A stretch of DNA of 64,000 nt, from the IMG/VR virus record IMGVR_UViG_3300047472_000309, positions 124,001 through 188,000 of that record. The stretch is one strand, 5' to 3'. The notes under the pieces are model-generated. The model made no database searches. It was not told the origin of the DNA and saw nothing but the letters and a program-made list of their open reading frames with translations. Position numbers and translations under genes: made by a program. This document shows, in pieces, positions 1 through 10,723 of this stretch (positions within the stretch are counted from its first letter, which is position 1; every line of letters begins with the position of its first letter).

Positions 1-14
1 TCGAAGCGCATCTG

Positions 15-266
15 GTGTCCATGACCTTCGATGGCCGCATCATCGATCGTTATCTGGACGCGCTGGATGAATTCGCGTATCGCTATCGCAACTTCAAGTC
101 GCTGTCGCGCGAAGACCAGACACTCGCTTCGCGTCTGTATGCCTGGGGCCAGCTCATCATGCAGCACGACACGACTTTCCTGCCGACGGCTTTTAGCAAC
201 CACCTGGTGAAGGTGATGTTGAGCTACGTCGAGAAGTCGATGCGTCGCATTGAAGTCGATCAGTAA
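15..266 (+). CDS. 3' part of a hypothetical (probably virion) protein
   Basis: ORF running in from the window edge; followed by AGGAG RBS of the next gene. Confidence 0.6.
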   Translation: MSMTFDGRIIDRYLDALDEFAYRYRNFKSLSREDQTLASRLYAWGQLIMQHDTTFLPTAFSNHLVKVMLSYVEKSMRRIEVDQ

Positions 267-278
267 AAGGAGTCCCTC

Positions 279-1601
279 GTGGAAGAAGTCAATCAAGAAG
301 CGACGATCGTCACCCTGAGTGATGACGTCGAATGCAATCGCCTGAACGATGCGCTCGATAAGCTGGGCGAGTTGGGTACGCGACTGCAAGCAGACGGTCA
401 ACTGACAGTCGACGTGGCGCTCGAACATCAGGCCCTCACCGGTAGCAATACCCTGGTGAATACCTACTACAGCACGCTCGGCAAGCAACAGAAGCTCAAA
501 GTGGCTCAGGAAGGCCTCTACGAGCAAGCCAAGAGCCTGCTGAAGAAGGCGATGGACCTGCTGTGGGAAATGATCGTCAAGGTCTGGAAGTGGCTGCAAA
601 AGCTCTTTGTGAATGGCGTGCCCATGACCGAAGCAGCCCTCGCCCGCGAGAACGAGAAGTTTAAGTCCTTCGTGATGCCGGTGCAAAAAGCCGAACGGGT
701 TCCGAGTTCACGCACTGCCATCATCCAGGCTGTCCGGGAAGAAGGCCTGAACGAAGCGTTCGTGAGCAAGCTCACTCCGGAAGAGATGGACATCTACAAC
801 GAGGGTCCGTACCATCAGGCAGTGCAGCGCATGATTCCGGCGCTGGATGGCTTCAATGTGGCGAGTGTCGTCGAGACGCTGGTGAAGTGGCACGAGAAAT
901 GGTTGCCTGCCGGTCGCCAGTTTGATCAGGACAACGCAGGGGCTGATCCCCATGCGCTTCAGGACAAGCTGGAACGCTTCCAGAAGGACGCTCAGACCGA
1001 TCTGGAGCACGCGACCTCCATGGCTACCAAGCTCATGCAGATCCGCCTGGAGAGCTACCAGACGGCTGTGGAAGCCCGTCGAAAACTGAAGGTCGATCCG
1101 AACTTCCATCTCGGTACCGATCTCTCGGGCATCATGGCGCGTGGTGTGCGCATCTACGACCAGTCGGGCTACAAGAAGATGGGTTCGGCCCTGACCGATG
1201 TCTTCAAGTCCCTCGACTCAACGGTCAAGAAGATGGAGTCGATTCGCACCAAGGCCTACCAGAATCCGATGCCCAACGACCATGGCGGGGCCAAAGCGGG
1301 CGAGGAGTGGATCGAGCAGATCTACATGAAGGAAGTCAATCGGATCATTTCGACGCTGCATCAGTGCGTCTCGATGATTCAGTTGATCAACAACTACTAC
1401 TCGTTCGTGGTTGGCTCGGGCAAAACCATCATGAAGTACGTGATGACGGTGGCGCAGAAGGCCATTCAGCACGGTGGTGATGCTGCCTCGCTGCAAGAAA
1501 TCGTGCGTAGCGGTAGTTCGGCACTGATGGGCATGGCTGCAGATGGTTCGCAAATGGCAGCGCAGCAACAAGCTGCCGGTATGCAAACCGACATGGGTTA
1601 A
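279..1601 (+). CDS. phiKZ-like internal head/virion structural protein
   Basis: 440 aa; acidic N-terminal propeptide with A-x-E prohead-protease-type motifs (VALE, AQE) followed by the GLYEQAKSLLKKAMDLLWEMIVKVWKWLQKLF amphipathic helix typical of phiKZ-like head proteins. Confidence 0.6.
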   Translation: MEEVNQEATIVTLSDDVECNRLNDALDKLGELGTRLQADGQLTVDVALEHQALTGSNTLVNTYYSTLGKQQKLKVAQEGLYEQAKSLLKKAMDLLWEMIVKVWKWLQKLFVNGVPMTEAALARENEKFKSFVMPVQKAERVPSSRTAIIQAVREEGLNEAFVSKLTPEEMDIYNEGPYHQAVQRMIPALDGFNVASVVETLVKWHEKWLPAGRQFDQDNAGADPHALQDKLERFQKDAQTDLEHATSMATKLMQIRLESYQTAVEARRKLKVDPNFHLGTDLSGIMARGVRIYDQSGYKKMGSALTDVFKSLDSTVKKMESIRTKAYQNPMPNDHGGAKAGEEWIEQIYMKEVNRIISTLHQCVSMIQLINNYYSFVVGSGKTIMKYVMTVAQKAIQHGGDAASLQEIVRSGSSALMGMAADGSQMAAQQQAAGMQTDMG

Positions 1602-1627
1602 GCGTAAACGACGCTAGAACGGCATAC

Positions 1628-1651
1628 GAGGCCAGGGTTTCCCCTGGCCTC
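1628..1651. terminator. bidirectional hairpin terminator
   Basis: GAGGCCAGGG-TTTC-CCCTGGCCTC between convergent genes, with CATA upstream and TATG downstream. Confidence 0.75.
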
Positions 1652-1661
1652 TATGACGCTG

Positions 1662-2018
1662 TTACTGCGGGGTCAGTGGACTGATCGTCACGATCCACTC
1701 ACGCGTATTGGTGAAGTCAAACGCGCAGTCCAGGACGATGTGTTGATACAAACAGTCTGGGTCGCTGCCGTCGGAAATCAGAATGTCAATTCGTCCCTGC
1801 TTGCCGGGGGCGAGTGAGGGGTCGTTTTGGTAAGGCAACGTCGTCAGACGCACCTGCACGATCTTGATGTACAGGTTAAAGGTGTACTTGATCAGGGCCA
1901 TGATCGAGTACGCGGTGGTTTGCGTTTGCGTGTTGGCGAGCAGCCAAGTACGCAGGCCGTCGAGATCCACGGCGGTGTCCGGGACTACGATGGGCGTCGG
2001 GGTGGTCGTGGTCGACAT
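1662..2018 (-). CDS. hypothetical protein
   Basis: 118 aa ORF with AGGAGG RBS. Confidence 0.7.
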   Translation of the reverse strand: MSTTTTPTPIVVPDTAVDLDGLRTWLLANTQTQTTAYSIMALIKYTFNLYIKIVQVRLTTLPYQNDPSLAPGKQGRIDILISDGSDPDCLYQHIVLDCAFDFTNTREWIVTISPLTPQ

Positions 2019-2084
2019 GAACTTTCCTCCTTGGTTGGTTCATGCAATAAGCCGAATCAACAAAAAAAAAGAGCACGGGACATA

Positions 2085-2106
2085 GGGAGAGGCCGAAGCC
2101 TCTCCC
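2085..2106 (-). terminator. hairpin terminator
   Basis: GGGAGAGGC-TTCG-GCCTCTCCC on minus strand, then TATG and a T9 tract. Confidence 0.75.
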
Positions 2107-2125
2107 GTCTATGCTCTTGAGCCGA

Positions 2126-3532
2126 TTAGCTCAGGAAGATCGGTTGCGCGAAGATGACTTCGCCGTAGCCGTTACGCACTTGGAACACCAGTGCTTTGCC
2201 CGGCACGTACTCGGCGACGAAGCTCATCACACCGGCTCCCGTGTTACGGAAGCTGGTGTTCAGTTGCAGCAAGACCTGATCGGCCGAACCGCGTGCCATC
2301 GGCGGCAGCTCGTCTTCCATCAACATCCCGATGTACGCCGAGAAACGCGACAACGAGTTGGTGGTGAAGATGGTCTTTTCCGGATAGCCACCCGGATAGG
2401 ACGGCGACGGACGTTGACCGTAGAGGCCCGGTGCCTTACCGTAGGGCGAGAGACCGCCCTGGTCCGGACGAGCGAACGGTTCCGTCATGTCTGCACCCCA
2501 AGCCGCACGCGGTTCGCCGATACCCACCATCGGCGGCATCGCCCGCAGCGGTTGTTGACGACCGCTGTTATCCCACACCCCCGACGGCGTGCCCCAGCGC
2601 TGCGGGTGACCGCCACCCAAGGGCGCGGACACCGTCAGTTCCGGCATGACTTCCACGATCTCGTCGTAGCCGCCAGCATTGCGCTTGGTCGTCAGATGCA
2701 CCACCCCCACCGGAATCGCACCAGCACGTGCGCCGACGAAGAGCTGCAAATCCACCGAGCCTTGCGCCGAGGAGTCCGTCGTGGCGATGCCGACTTGCGT
2801 TTGCACCACGCAGTCGAGTTGGTTCATGAGGTCGTCTGTCGACTCTGTCCCGCGCCTCCAGACATGGACCGTCATCTGCCGCACGGCTTGCAGCAGCTTG
2901 TCGTTCACCGCCGCAACGGTGATGTGCGCACGCAGTACTTCGTAGGCTTGCGGCCAGGGCTTGTGGAAGATGTTCGGAATCGTCAGATTTTCATTGCTGA
3001 CAGTTTCCGCAGGCGCAGTCGCTTCGATCAGCTTCGCGTCGACCCCCAGCCCGACGTGGATCGCTTGCTTGCGTTCCTTGGCATCAGCTTCGCGCACGCC
3101 CGCGAAGTATTCGATGGTTTTCGGACCCCGACGCACCGTATCGACCTTCAGGACAAAGGCGCTATCGGCACGACCCGGCACGATCTGATAGACCAGTACT
3201 TCGTCGCCACGACGCTGGAAGACGTAAGTGCCTTCGCCGTCCGGATCGGGATGCTTGCCGAAATGCTCGCCCAGCGCGTTCTTGAACATCGTATTCTTGA
3301 TGTCAACGTTCTTGCTGAGCTTGCCAAACGGCGGCATCACATTGCGATGGATGAAGTTCAACGCCTCGTGGTGCGAGCGCGGGATCATCGGCAGATCCAA
3401 CACTTGCGTGCTGAACTGGATGGTGGCACGCGGCTTCACTTCCTTCATCGCCTTCGTGCGCTTCACCGCAACCGACGTACGCGAGGGCTTCTTGGTAGCC
3501 GGTTTCTTTTGAATGATCTTCTTAGCGTTCAT
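2126..3532 (-). CDS. hypothetical protein, basic N-terminus
   Basis: 468 aa ORF, ACAAGGA RBS. Confidence 0.75.
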   Translation of the reverse strand: MNAKKIIQKKPATKKPSRTSVAVKRTKAMKEVKPRATIQFSTQVLDLPMIPRSHHEALNFIHRNVMPPFGKLSKNVDIKNTMFKNALGEHFGKHPDPDGEGTYVFQRRGDEVLVYQIVPGRADSAFVLKVDTVRRGPKTIEYFAGVREADAKERKQAIHVGLGVDAKLIEATAPAETVSNENLTIPNIFHKPWPQAYEVLRAHITVAAVNDKLLQAVRQMTVHVWRRGTESTDDLMNQLDCVVQTQVGIATTDSSAQGSVDLQLFVGARAGAIPVGVVHLTTKRNAGGYDEIVEVMPELTVSAPLGGGHPQRWGTPSGVWDNSGRQQPLRAMPPMVGIGEPRAAWGADMTEPFARPDQGGLSPYGKAPGLYGQRPSPSYPGGYPEKTIFTTNSLSRFSAYIGMLMEDELPPMARGSADQVLLQLNTSFRNTGAGVMSFVAEYVPGKALVFQVRNGYGEVIFAQPIFLS

Positions 3533-3594
3533 GACCTTGTTTCCTTGTAACGAGTTTATATTTAACTACGCTGTTTAACTGCAGGGGGCGCTGC

Positions 3595-3975
3595 TTACTT
3601 CGAAAAACCTACGTTCATGGCCGATGACGCCGAAGCGCCATCGTGCGTCATGATGTTGACAAACAGACAGGCGTGGGAGACGTTGAGGAATTCCAGCCCC
3701 TGACAGAACATCCGCCACGACAGCGTGGGCTGGAGGAGCGCCCGTTCGAAGTTACTTCGCTCGAGCTTTTCCATGTCAGGGTCCATCAGGTGTTTCATGG
3801 GGTGTCGTGCCATGAAACGATCCATCAGAGCTTCCCACTTTTCCGGAGTCATCTCCACGCCGCGAACCAGGGCGCGGAATTGCACCGCCAGAATCTGGTC
3901 CGTGGCCATCGGTTGCTTTAGGGGCTCTAGCAACTGCTCAATCACGTGCGGTTTAGACACCTGCATCCTCCGCAT
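3595..3975 (-). CDS. hypothetical protein, paralog of 3953..4357
   Basis: shares ILA..FR, KW..LM..F and W.....GL.FL motifs with its neighbour. Confidence 0.7.
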   Translation of the reverse strand: MRRMQVSKPHVIEQLLEPLKQPMATDQILAVQFRALVRGVEMTPEKWEALMDRFMARHPMKHLMDPDMEKLERSNFERALLQPTLSWRMFCQGLEFLNVSHACLFVNIMTHDGASASSAMNVGFSK

Positions 3976-4357
3976 CAGGCTTGCGCGGCCCGGTCCAGTC
4001 GATCCGGCTTGGGATCGGCACCAGCTCCTTGCCGTTGATCACGCCCGTCACGACGATGTTAGCCGCAGTGAGACCGAGAAAACGCAGGCCGATCAGATAC
4101 GTCTTCCAGGTCATCGAGGGTGCCGTGAGCTCCTTCGTCACGTTCGCGGTCAGTGCATCCCGCGTGGTTTCGTCGGGCTTCTCGACCAGCTGCATTTCTT
4201 GCTGCACGAACTTAACCATCAGTTCGTCCCATTTCTGCTCATCGACCTGGAGTGAGAGCAACATCCGGCGGAAATTGTCGGCTAAGATGCCGCCACCCGT
4301 CAGTGCTGCTGCTTCACTGGTACCGGCCAAGAGGGCTTTCACTGTATCGTTGCTCAT
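3953..4357 (-). CDS. hypothetical protein, paralog of 3595..3975
   Basis: 134 aa, AAGGAG RBS, shared motifs. Confidence 0.75.
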   Translation of the reverse strand: MSNDTVKALLAGTSEAAALTGGGILADNFRRMLLSLQVDEQKWDELMVKFVQQEMQLVEKPDETTRDALTANVTKELTAPSMTWKTYLIGLRFLGLTAANIVVTGVINGKELVPIPSRIDWTGPRKPDAEDAGV

Positions 4358-4416
4358 GATACTCTCCTTGTTAAAAAGAGGAGCCCAGTCGGATAGCTGG
4401 ACTCTACCGTTACAAC

Positions 4417-7026
4417 TTACTTCAAGTTCAACACGAGTTCGACCACTGCCTCCACCGAGCCTGCTTCCTTGACACGGATCACCAGTTTGTCGTGCTCGAC
4501 GTAGTGCACGTCGTAGATCTCGTCGTTCACGCCCTTGTGGTGATACATCTGGTCGATGTATTTCACCATGTTGCGAGCGCGCTCCTGCCTCTCCTCGTCA
4601 TCGAGGAGTTCGATGATCACGGCCATGGCGTGATTGAAGAAGACCCACACCGGCGTGGCGAAGCAGGTGCCCGGCAAATACGCGGTCGATGCCGTCACCG
4701 GCGGCGGGGGCGGTGCTTTCTTTGTTTCCGGTGAACCCAATACCCCCACTTGAATCACGTTCTCCTGCCACATGAGTGGATTAGAGGTTTCCATCACCGC
4801 AGTCGTCACTACCAGCATGACTTCCGAATCACTGCGGTCCGGATCGAAAACCCTGACGTGATAGGTGCCCGGAATCACTTGCGAGGCTTTCTTCGTCGTT
4901 GCGTCCATCACTGGACGCTGTTGCTTAACGATTTCGAAAAAGTGATAGGCCGTCACACCGGGATAAACGGAGGTGATCGAAACCGGACCTTCATTGAAGG
5001 CGAGCCAGCTCGTGAACTCCTCATACCCCACCACGTCATCCAACAGCGTCATGAAGCGCAAGGAAACCCCGGACTGCATCATGTTGACTGCAGGGGCTTC
5101 GCCGACTTTCGGACCTTCTTTCCAGTTCTGGCGCACGATCACTGGTTGCCGGATGGTTTCCGATTCGCCCATAGCACGAATACCCTTCATGCTCGTGGGC
5201 GTTTCGTACTTGCTAGTGTCCTTGAAGAGCATCGTCGGATCAGTCTTCGGGGCTCCCGTATCCGGAATCGGGTTCGCTGCCGAGCCCACATCCACGCTCT
5301 TACCGCCCATTGCTTGAGTACGTGCCGAAAGCGGTTCGAAGACCGGCGGCGGTCCCATCTTCGGCATCTCGACTTCGAACGCACCGATGCATTCCGAGAG
5401 TTTGCCTTGGTCAATCGATTCGAGTTCCGTGTACACATCGAAACCAAACAGCAGCTTCGAGTCTGCACCCGGCGAATAGACCTTGCCCTTGATGTGGCCG
5501 CGCTCCAGCGTGTGGTTACTGCGCAAGCTCGGCGAGATGACCCGTTCGAACTTGATCACCACTTGGCTGGCCAGACGACGATCCAGATCCCGGATGAGCG
5601 CGTAGCGCCGCTGGATGTCATTCCACAGCCGCTCGATGTCCTGGACTTCGCGCGCACTGGCCGTGTTCGTGAGCACCATCAGTGCACTAGCGCCGAAGCT
5701 CAGCGAGTCGACACGGTTGACCGCCAGATGTTGATTCTGACGCAGCGTCGGGTCCGTCAGGTACAGGATCTTTTCCACTTGCTGGGGCTTGCTGCCGATC
5801 CGATACTGAGTTTCCCATTCCGCCGTGGTCGTGAACGTGAGCATACTGCCGAGCTGCATCACGCCGAGCGGCTTACCCACAACTGGTACGAGCACAGCCA
5901 TGTCGACCAGACCCAACTCCGACGAGAGTTCATCCGAATGCGGGTTCTTCGTGCCAAGCAAGCTCGCACGCTTAACTGAGACGAAAGCGAACCGGATCAG
6001 GTCCGGCTCCACATCGTGCATTTTGCAGACCTTGTTGAGCAGCGTCTTGAAGTACTCGCAATCGCGCCGCTCCACCGACTGACCTTCCAGCCATTCTAGC
6101 GCGCACTCCAGGGTCGTCGGTCCGCCGCCCTCGAGCGGGACCAACACCGGCGCCGGTTCTTCTTTCTTTTGTTCCGGCCGAGCAGTCGCCTCGGCCGCCT
6201 TGGTGTCGTTTGCTGCTGCGTTGTTTTGTTCGAGTGCCATCTCTGCCTCCTGAGCAGGTTGTTCGGTGTGGGCTGCCGTATCGACAGGCGTGGGTGGCGT
6301 GTTCATCTCGTACAGCAGACGTGTTGCCTCGATGATGAACCCGTCAGCTTCCAGAATCTGACGCTGATCAAAGGTCAGAAAGCTGGTTTCAAAACGCAGG
6401 GTTGCCAGCACCATGTCCCTCGCGCCCTTAGGGCGCATATAGAGCTTGATCAGACCCCCGCGGCCTTCACGCGGATGACGCAGTGCATTACCTCGCACGA
6501 ATTCCACTTGCTGAGGCGTGAGGTTGTGCAACTTCAGGAAGTCCCGCAACTGCCTGAAGAGGACCTCACCCTGACTACCGTCGCCGCGATACACCGACAT
6601 CCACATGCGCAGATCGTCGATCGTCGCTGCGTTCTCTTTCGAGAACTCCGACAGGTCGATCCGCTTGATGTCGTAGTCCGTGCCGAACACGATGTATTCC
6701 TTGCCGTCGACCATCATTGTCCGCAACGCGTTGTGGTGCACGGTTTCAGCCGGGCGTCCAAGAGTGATCCATCTCAGTTCGATCATGAACATCCCGGCGA
6801 GCGCGGCTGCTTCTTGCGGCCGATAGCAATGATAGACTTGCCCCCAAAGTTCACCCGCTGGTGCCTTGCTATTGACGATACATTCCGCGACGTGATCCGC
6901 CACGACGCTCTTACGCAAATAGGTGTTCGACTTGATCCAGTCACCGAGTGTCTGTTCCTCGCCCGGATTCGCGACGATCGGAAAACTGGTTTGCCCTTGT
7001 TCGTGGGCTTGTTCGAGGGTAATCAT
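4417..7026 (-). CDS. large hypothetical protein
   Basis: 869 aa ORF, no recognisable motif. Confidence 0.8.
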   Translation of the reverse strand: MITLEQAHEQGQTSFPIVANPGEEQTLGDWIKSNTYLRKSVVADHVAECIVNSKAPAGELWGQVYHCYRPQEAAALAGMFMIELRWITLGRPAETVHHNALRTMMVDGKEYIVFGTDYDIKRIDLSEFSKENAATIDDLRMWMSVYRGDGSQGEVLFRQLRDFLKLHNLTPQQVEFVRGNALRHPREGRGGLIKLYMRPKGARDMVLATLRFETSFLTFDQRQILEADGFIIEATRLLYEMNTPPTPVDTAAHTEQPAQEAEMALEQNNAAANDTKAAEATARPEQKKEEPAPVLVPLEGGGPTTLECALEWLEGQSVERRDCEYFKTLLNKVCKMHDVEPDLIRFAFVSVKRASLLGTKNPHSDELSSELGLVDMAVLVPVVGKPLGVMQLGSMLTFTTTAEWETQYRIGSKPQQVEKILYLTDPTLRQNQHLAVNRVDSLSFGASALMVLTNTASAREVQDIERLWNDIQRRYALIRDLDRRLASQVVIKFERVISPSLRSNHTLERGHIKGKVYSPGADSKLLFGFDVYTELESIDQGKLSECIGAFEVEMPKMGPPPVFEPLSARTQAMGGKSVDVGSAANPIPDTGAPKTDPTMLFKDTSKYETPTSMKGIRAMGESETIRQPVIVRQNWKEGPKVGEAPAVNMMQSGVSLRFMTLLDDVVGYEEFTSWLAFNEGPVSITSVYPGVTAYHFFEIVKQQRPVMDATTKKASQVIPGTYHVRVFDPDRSDSEVMLVVTTAVMETSNPLMWQENVIQVGVLGSPETKKAPPPPPVTASTAYLPGTCFATPVWVFFNHAMAVIIELLDDEERQERARNMVKYIDQMYHHKGVNDEIYDVHYVEHDKLVIRVKEAGSVEAVVELVLNLK

Positions 7027-7047
7027 TTCAATCCTTGTTTTCTTGGT

Positions 7048-8118
7048 TTAAACGAACCCGGTCTTCTTAGCGAAGCGGTTCACGACTTGTTGTTCAGCTA
7101 CGTCTTTCGCCAGCACTTCCGAGAGCGGCCACTTCTGCTTGAGTGACCAGTCCTTTTGCAACAGGCCCGCAGCATCGCAGGCCACGGATGCTTCATCCGG
7201 GCTGAGCTCCCGGAATTGCAGGATGTCAAAGCAACGACCCTTGCGCAACAAGGCCGGATCGATCCGGTCAATGCTAGGGAGATTGGTTGAGAACACGATC
7301 TTCTTATTCTCGTGCTTGACCACGCCTTCCGAGGCATTGAGAATCGGCGCCATCAGCGTGTTGCCGTCTTCCCGGCTTTTGAGGTAGTTATCGATATCCT
7401 CATACGCCAGGATCTTCGCCGACGAGCTCCGGAAGAAACGCCCGATCAATGACGGCGCGGCAACCACTTCCTTGTTGTAGGCCAGATACGTGTCGTAGTT
7501 ACCCGACATGATCAGTGAGCGCAGGAAGGTGCTTTTACCCACCCCCGGCGGCCCGAAGAGGACCAGGACTGATTCGTCCGACTCCATGTACGCCTTGAAA
7601 TAGTCTTCCAGCGAGACATTGAGCCACGGATAGAACGACTGCAGCGCCAGCTTGGTCGAGTCCTGCGTCATGTACTTACTGGCGAAGGTTGGCTCGCCCC
7701 GATCATTCAGACTCATGGCCGTATTGATCATGGCCCCCACCGCAGTGAAGTTCTCCTTCACCCAGTCTGTCACCACCTGCGCTTCCGTCAAATCCCCGTA
7801 AACGCCGACGCTGATGGTGCTATCCTGCGTGGAGAAGTCCACCAGCGCCTCGACATAGCCTTCGTCATTATCCTTGATGGCAAAATGAGCCCCACTCACT
7901 CGGTACGTGAAAAAGCCACGCTCTTGCAGGTAACGAATGAAGCGATCGCGATCGTCCAGTCCACTGATCGCGCGCGTCGCGGACTTACGGCCGCTATTGA
8001 GACCTGCTTTTAGACGCGTGGCCGTCACGATGGCGTCGAACTTCTGGATGGCGTCACGCACGCTCTGACCCGCGTCGAAGAATTGATTGATGTTCCAGTA
8101 CTTGAAATGTTCTTGCAT
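7048..8118 (-). CDS. AAA+ ATPase
   Basis: Walker A GPPGVGKS, Walker B ILAYEDID, sensor 1 STN, SRH IDPALLRKGRCFD; start set at MQEHF after ACAAGGA RBS. Confidence 0.9.
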   Translation of the reverse strand: MQEHFKYWNINQFFDAGQSVRDAIQKFDAIVTATRLKAGLNSGRKSATRAISGLDDRDRFIRYLQERGFFTYRVSGAHFAIKDNDEGYVEALVDFSTQDSTISVGVYGDLTEAQVVTDWVKENFTAVGAMINTAMSLNDRGEPTFASKYMTQDSTKLALQSFYPWLNVSLEDYFKAYMESDESVLVLFGPPGVGKSTFLRSLIMSGNYDTYLAYNKEVVAAPSLIGRFFRSSSAKILAYEDIDNYLKSREDGNTLMAPILNASEGVVKHENKKIVFSTNLPSIDRIDPALLRKGRCFDILQFRELSPDEASVACDAAGLLQKDWSLKQKWPLSEVLAKDVAEQQVVNRFAKKTGFV

Positions 8119-8222
8119 GATGACTGTTCCTTGTTTCAATTGTAACGATTGTAAGTTGCGCTATTTGAACCAACGGCATAGAGCGAAGAGAGTTACCTCC
8201 CTTCGCCCATCGCCCCGAATTA

Positions 8223-10070
8223 TTATTCGACGTCAACCTTGCACTGGTAGATGGCCAGTGCGGCCGACTGATTTTGGCCGAGCTTAACTGCCCGATCATA
8301 GACCGCGATAAACGCGTTGTTACCTTCGCGCAGGAAGTTCTGCGGCAGATGTGCACCACCGTCGCGCACCAAGGCAGCATGGAACGCCCAGTTTTCCACG
8401 TTAGCGAGACCTTCGCCATCGAGGATGTACTGACGGAACGCGATGAGTGCACGCTTGTCGCGCTCGCTAATCAACGACACGAGCAAGCGCTCGATGAAAT
8501 GATCGAGCATGTACTCGTCATTGCCGATGACTTCGACGTCCTTGATCGCGCGAATCGGCTGCGCATGCACGATCGTGTCCATGACGTTTTCCGCGAGGAT
8601 CTTGCCAGGCGTCTGGGCTTGCACCAACTCTTCTGCCTGCGCCAGCAATGCCCGCGCTTCTTCCGTCGTGGTCCCGACGGCTTCGTCTGGCGTCGGCTTG
8701 ACGTCGCGTACTTCGCTCCACGCGTCGTGCCGCTCGCTCAGTGCTTGGCTGCGCTCCAAGGTTGCTTGACGGCTTTCTTCTGACATGGTGAGCGCGAAGG
8801 CGCCGTTATGCGTGTCGACGTTCAGCACCAGCAGCTTGAGCAACGTGTCGTCTTCGCCCGGATCGCCCTTGCCCAGAGCTTCGACTTCGACTTCGTTGTC
8901 GTCCTTCTTCTGCATGCGGAAATACACCTTCGGATTGGGCACCCCGGCTTCAATGAGTGCCTGTTCCGGATCGCCCAACTCCATGCGGAAGCCCGTGGCC
9001 GTCCCATCGTGACCCGCCACCTCCATGACGAACGTCACGATCTGCTCGTGCGTCGTGAAGATCACAGCCTGGCCCGCTTGCAGTTCCTTGGTGATCTGCG
9101 CAAAGCTATCGAGCATGCGCGTCGTCACCATGCTTCCTTCAAGGCGCGGACGCACAGCGATGCCATCCTTGCCGTAGTCGGCAAAGAACATCTGCAGCTT
9201 CGGCGCACGCTCGCCTTCGTCCAGATCACTGCGCTCGAGCGTGACAGTGAGGATGCCGGGGCCGTTCTCGACGGAGTAACGCGGCGTGTCGATCGTTTGC
9301 TTCTTGTGCGTCGTGAGCACGAGATGCTTGGACCACAGGGCCGTCTTCTCGTCGATGAACTTGAGATTGTCCACCAGTTCGTCGTTCGCCGAATGCTCGC
9401 GCAGATATTCATCGAACTCTGCACGCGTATAGAACTTGATGCTGTTGTTTTCTTGCTCGGACACTACTTGCTCCTTCTTTTGTTCGAGTGATGGGTAAAA
9501 ATCTCGCACGATCAACTCCGCCCACCAGGGCGTCATGCGGTAATGTGGCTTCCAGTGCGCCGGTGCATCTTTGGCGTCGGCCAGCTTTGTAAGAGCAACT
9601 GGCTGACTCGTCACTGACGACCGGGACTGGTTCAGCCAGAAGCCGCGGACGCACGCTATGCCGTCCCGGAAGCTTTCGCATTCCAATGGCGGATCGTCGT
9701 TTTGATGTTCTTGCGCCTTCAGACGCAAGAAATCATTGATGCTGGGATGAGTGGCCTGTCGGCTCACCGCGGTGAACGTAACAAATACACCCATCGACGT
9801 GAGGTTATCGCGATACGCCTGGTAGAAGTCAATCTTCCAGTTTAGCTCGTAGAGCAATCGAATACTGCGATCCCAGTCGTCCACGTAGAAGTTGCCGATC
9901 TCTCGCACCATCTCGTTGACGGCTTCTGAGAGGGCGATCTCGGCGGTCTGACCCGTCGCGTACTCTCTCACAAAGGCACGCATGTAGTCCACTGTCTGCA
10001 AGCGCGTGCCGTTCAGGATCGCCATGCTGGTGGGTAAGTCTCGGGGGCGCCAGATGCTCAATTCACTCAC
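8223..10070 (-). CDS. large hypothetical protein
   Basis: long ORF; probable GTG start at 10070 after AAGGA RBS (track starts at 10154). Confidence 0.75.
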   Translation of the reverse strand: MSELSIWRPRDLPTSMAILNGTRLQTVDYMRAFVREYATGQTAEIALSEAVNEMVREIGNFYVDDWDRSIRLLYELNWKIDFYQAYRDNLTSMGVFVTFTAVSRQATHPSINDFLRLKAQEHQNDDPPLECESFRDGIACVRGFWLNQSRSSVTSQPVALTKLADAKDAPAHWKPHYRMTPWWAELIVRDFYPSLEQKKEQVVSEQENNSIKFYTRAEFDEYLREHSANDELVDNLKFIDEKTALWSKHLVLTTHKKQTIDTPRYSVENGPGILTVTLERSDLDEGERAPKLQMFFADYGKDGIAVRPRLEGSMVTTRMLDSFAQITKELQAGQAVIFTTHEQIVTFVMEVAGHDGTATGFRMELGDPEQALIEAGVPNPKVYFRMQKKDDNEVEVEALGKGDPGEDDTLLKLLVLNVDTHNGAFALTMSEESRQATLERSQALSERHDAWSEVRDVKPTPDEAVGTTTEEARALLAQAEELVQAQTPGKILAENVMDTIVHAQPIRAIKDVEVIGNDEYMLDHFIERLLVSLISERDKRALIAFRQYILDGEGLANVENWAFHAALVRDGGAHLPQNFLREGNNAFIAVYDRAVKLGQNQSAALAIYQCKVDVE

Positions 10071-10080
10071 TGCGGTTTCC

Positions 10081-10671
10081 TTATTGTTGGGTGAACGCCG
10101 TGATAACGCTATGGCGCTGGAAATCTTTGTACGCGATGAGCGTGAGACCTTCATCGTTCATTTCCAAATCAAAGGTGATCGCTGTCGGATACTTGTGGTG
10201 CAACATCTCGAAGTACTCGAGGCTGTGTGCCAGCAGGTCATTTTTCGGGTTATTCAGCGATACGTGACGAATACTGAGCGCCGTCTTCAGGTCCGCGAAG
10301 GTGAAGTGGGCATTCATCGCAGCGGTTTGTTGCACGCGCTTACGAATCACGAGCTGCTCGCTGACCTCGCTCGTCTTCTTCCACTTCAGATGGACCGTCC
10401 CCATCTGCGTGTTGGGCGTACCCGGCGCCATCACGTAGAGGTCGATCTTCTCGCTGCTACCTTCCACCCGGCCGAAGGCAAAGCGCGGTGCACTGTAGGG
10501 TTCGCGGGGGTTACGCGCCTGATACGACTCCATCACCTTATTCACTTCCGAGATGATGTCGGCAGCGATCTCTTCGCTTGTGTGATCCACCAGGTGAGAG
10601 TGGAGTTCAAGCGTTCCTACGAACAGTTTGGCACTGATGGCTTTGGTTGCAACGACGCTCATGGTAATCAC
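10081..10671 (-). CDS. hypothetical protein
   Basis: 196 aa ORF just downstream of an early promoter motif. Confidence 0.7.
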   Translation of the reverse strand: MITMSVVATKAISAKLFVGTLELHSHLVDHTSEEIAADIISEVNKVMESYQARNPREPYSAPRFAFGRVEGSSEKIDLYVMAPGTPNTQMGTVHLKWKKTSEVSEQLVIRKRVQQTAAMNAHFTFADLKTALSIRHVSLNNPKNDLLAHSLEYFEMLHHKYPTAITFDLEMNDEGLTLIAYKDFQRHSVITAFTQQ

Positions 10672-10723
10672 CTCATAGTCAGATTGGTCTACTAGATGAT
10701 GCTTTCTTATCTAGCTCTGACGG

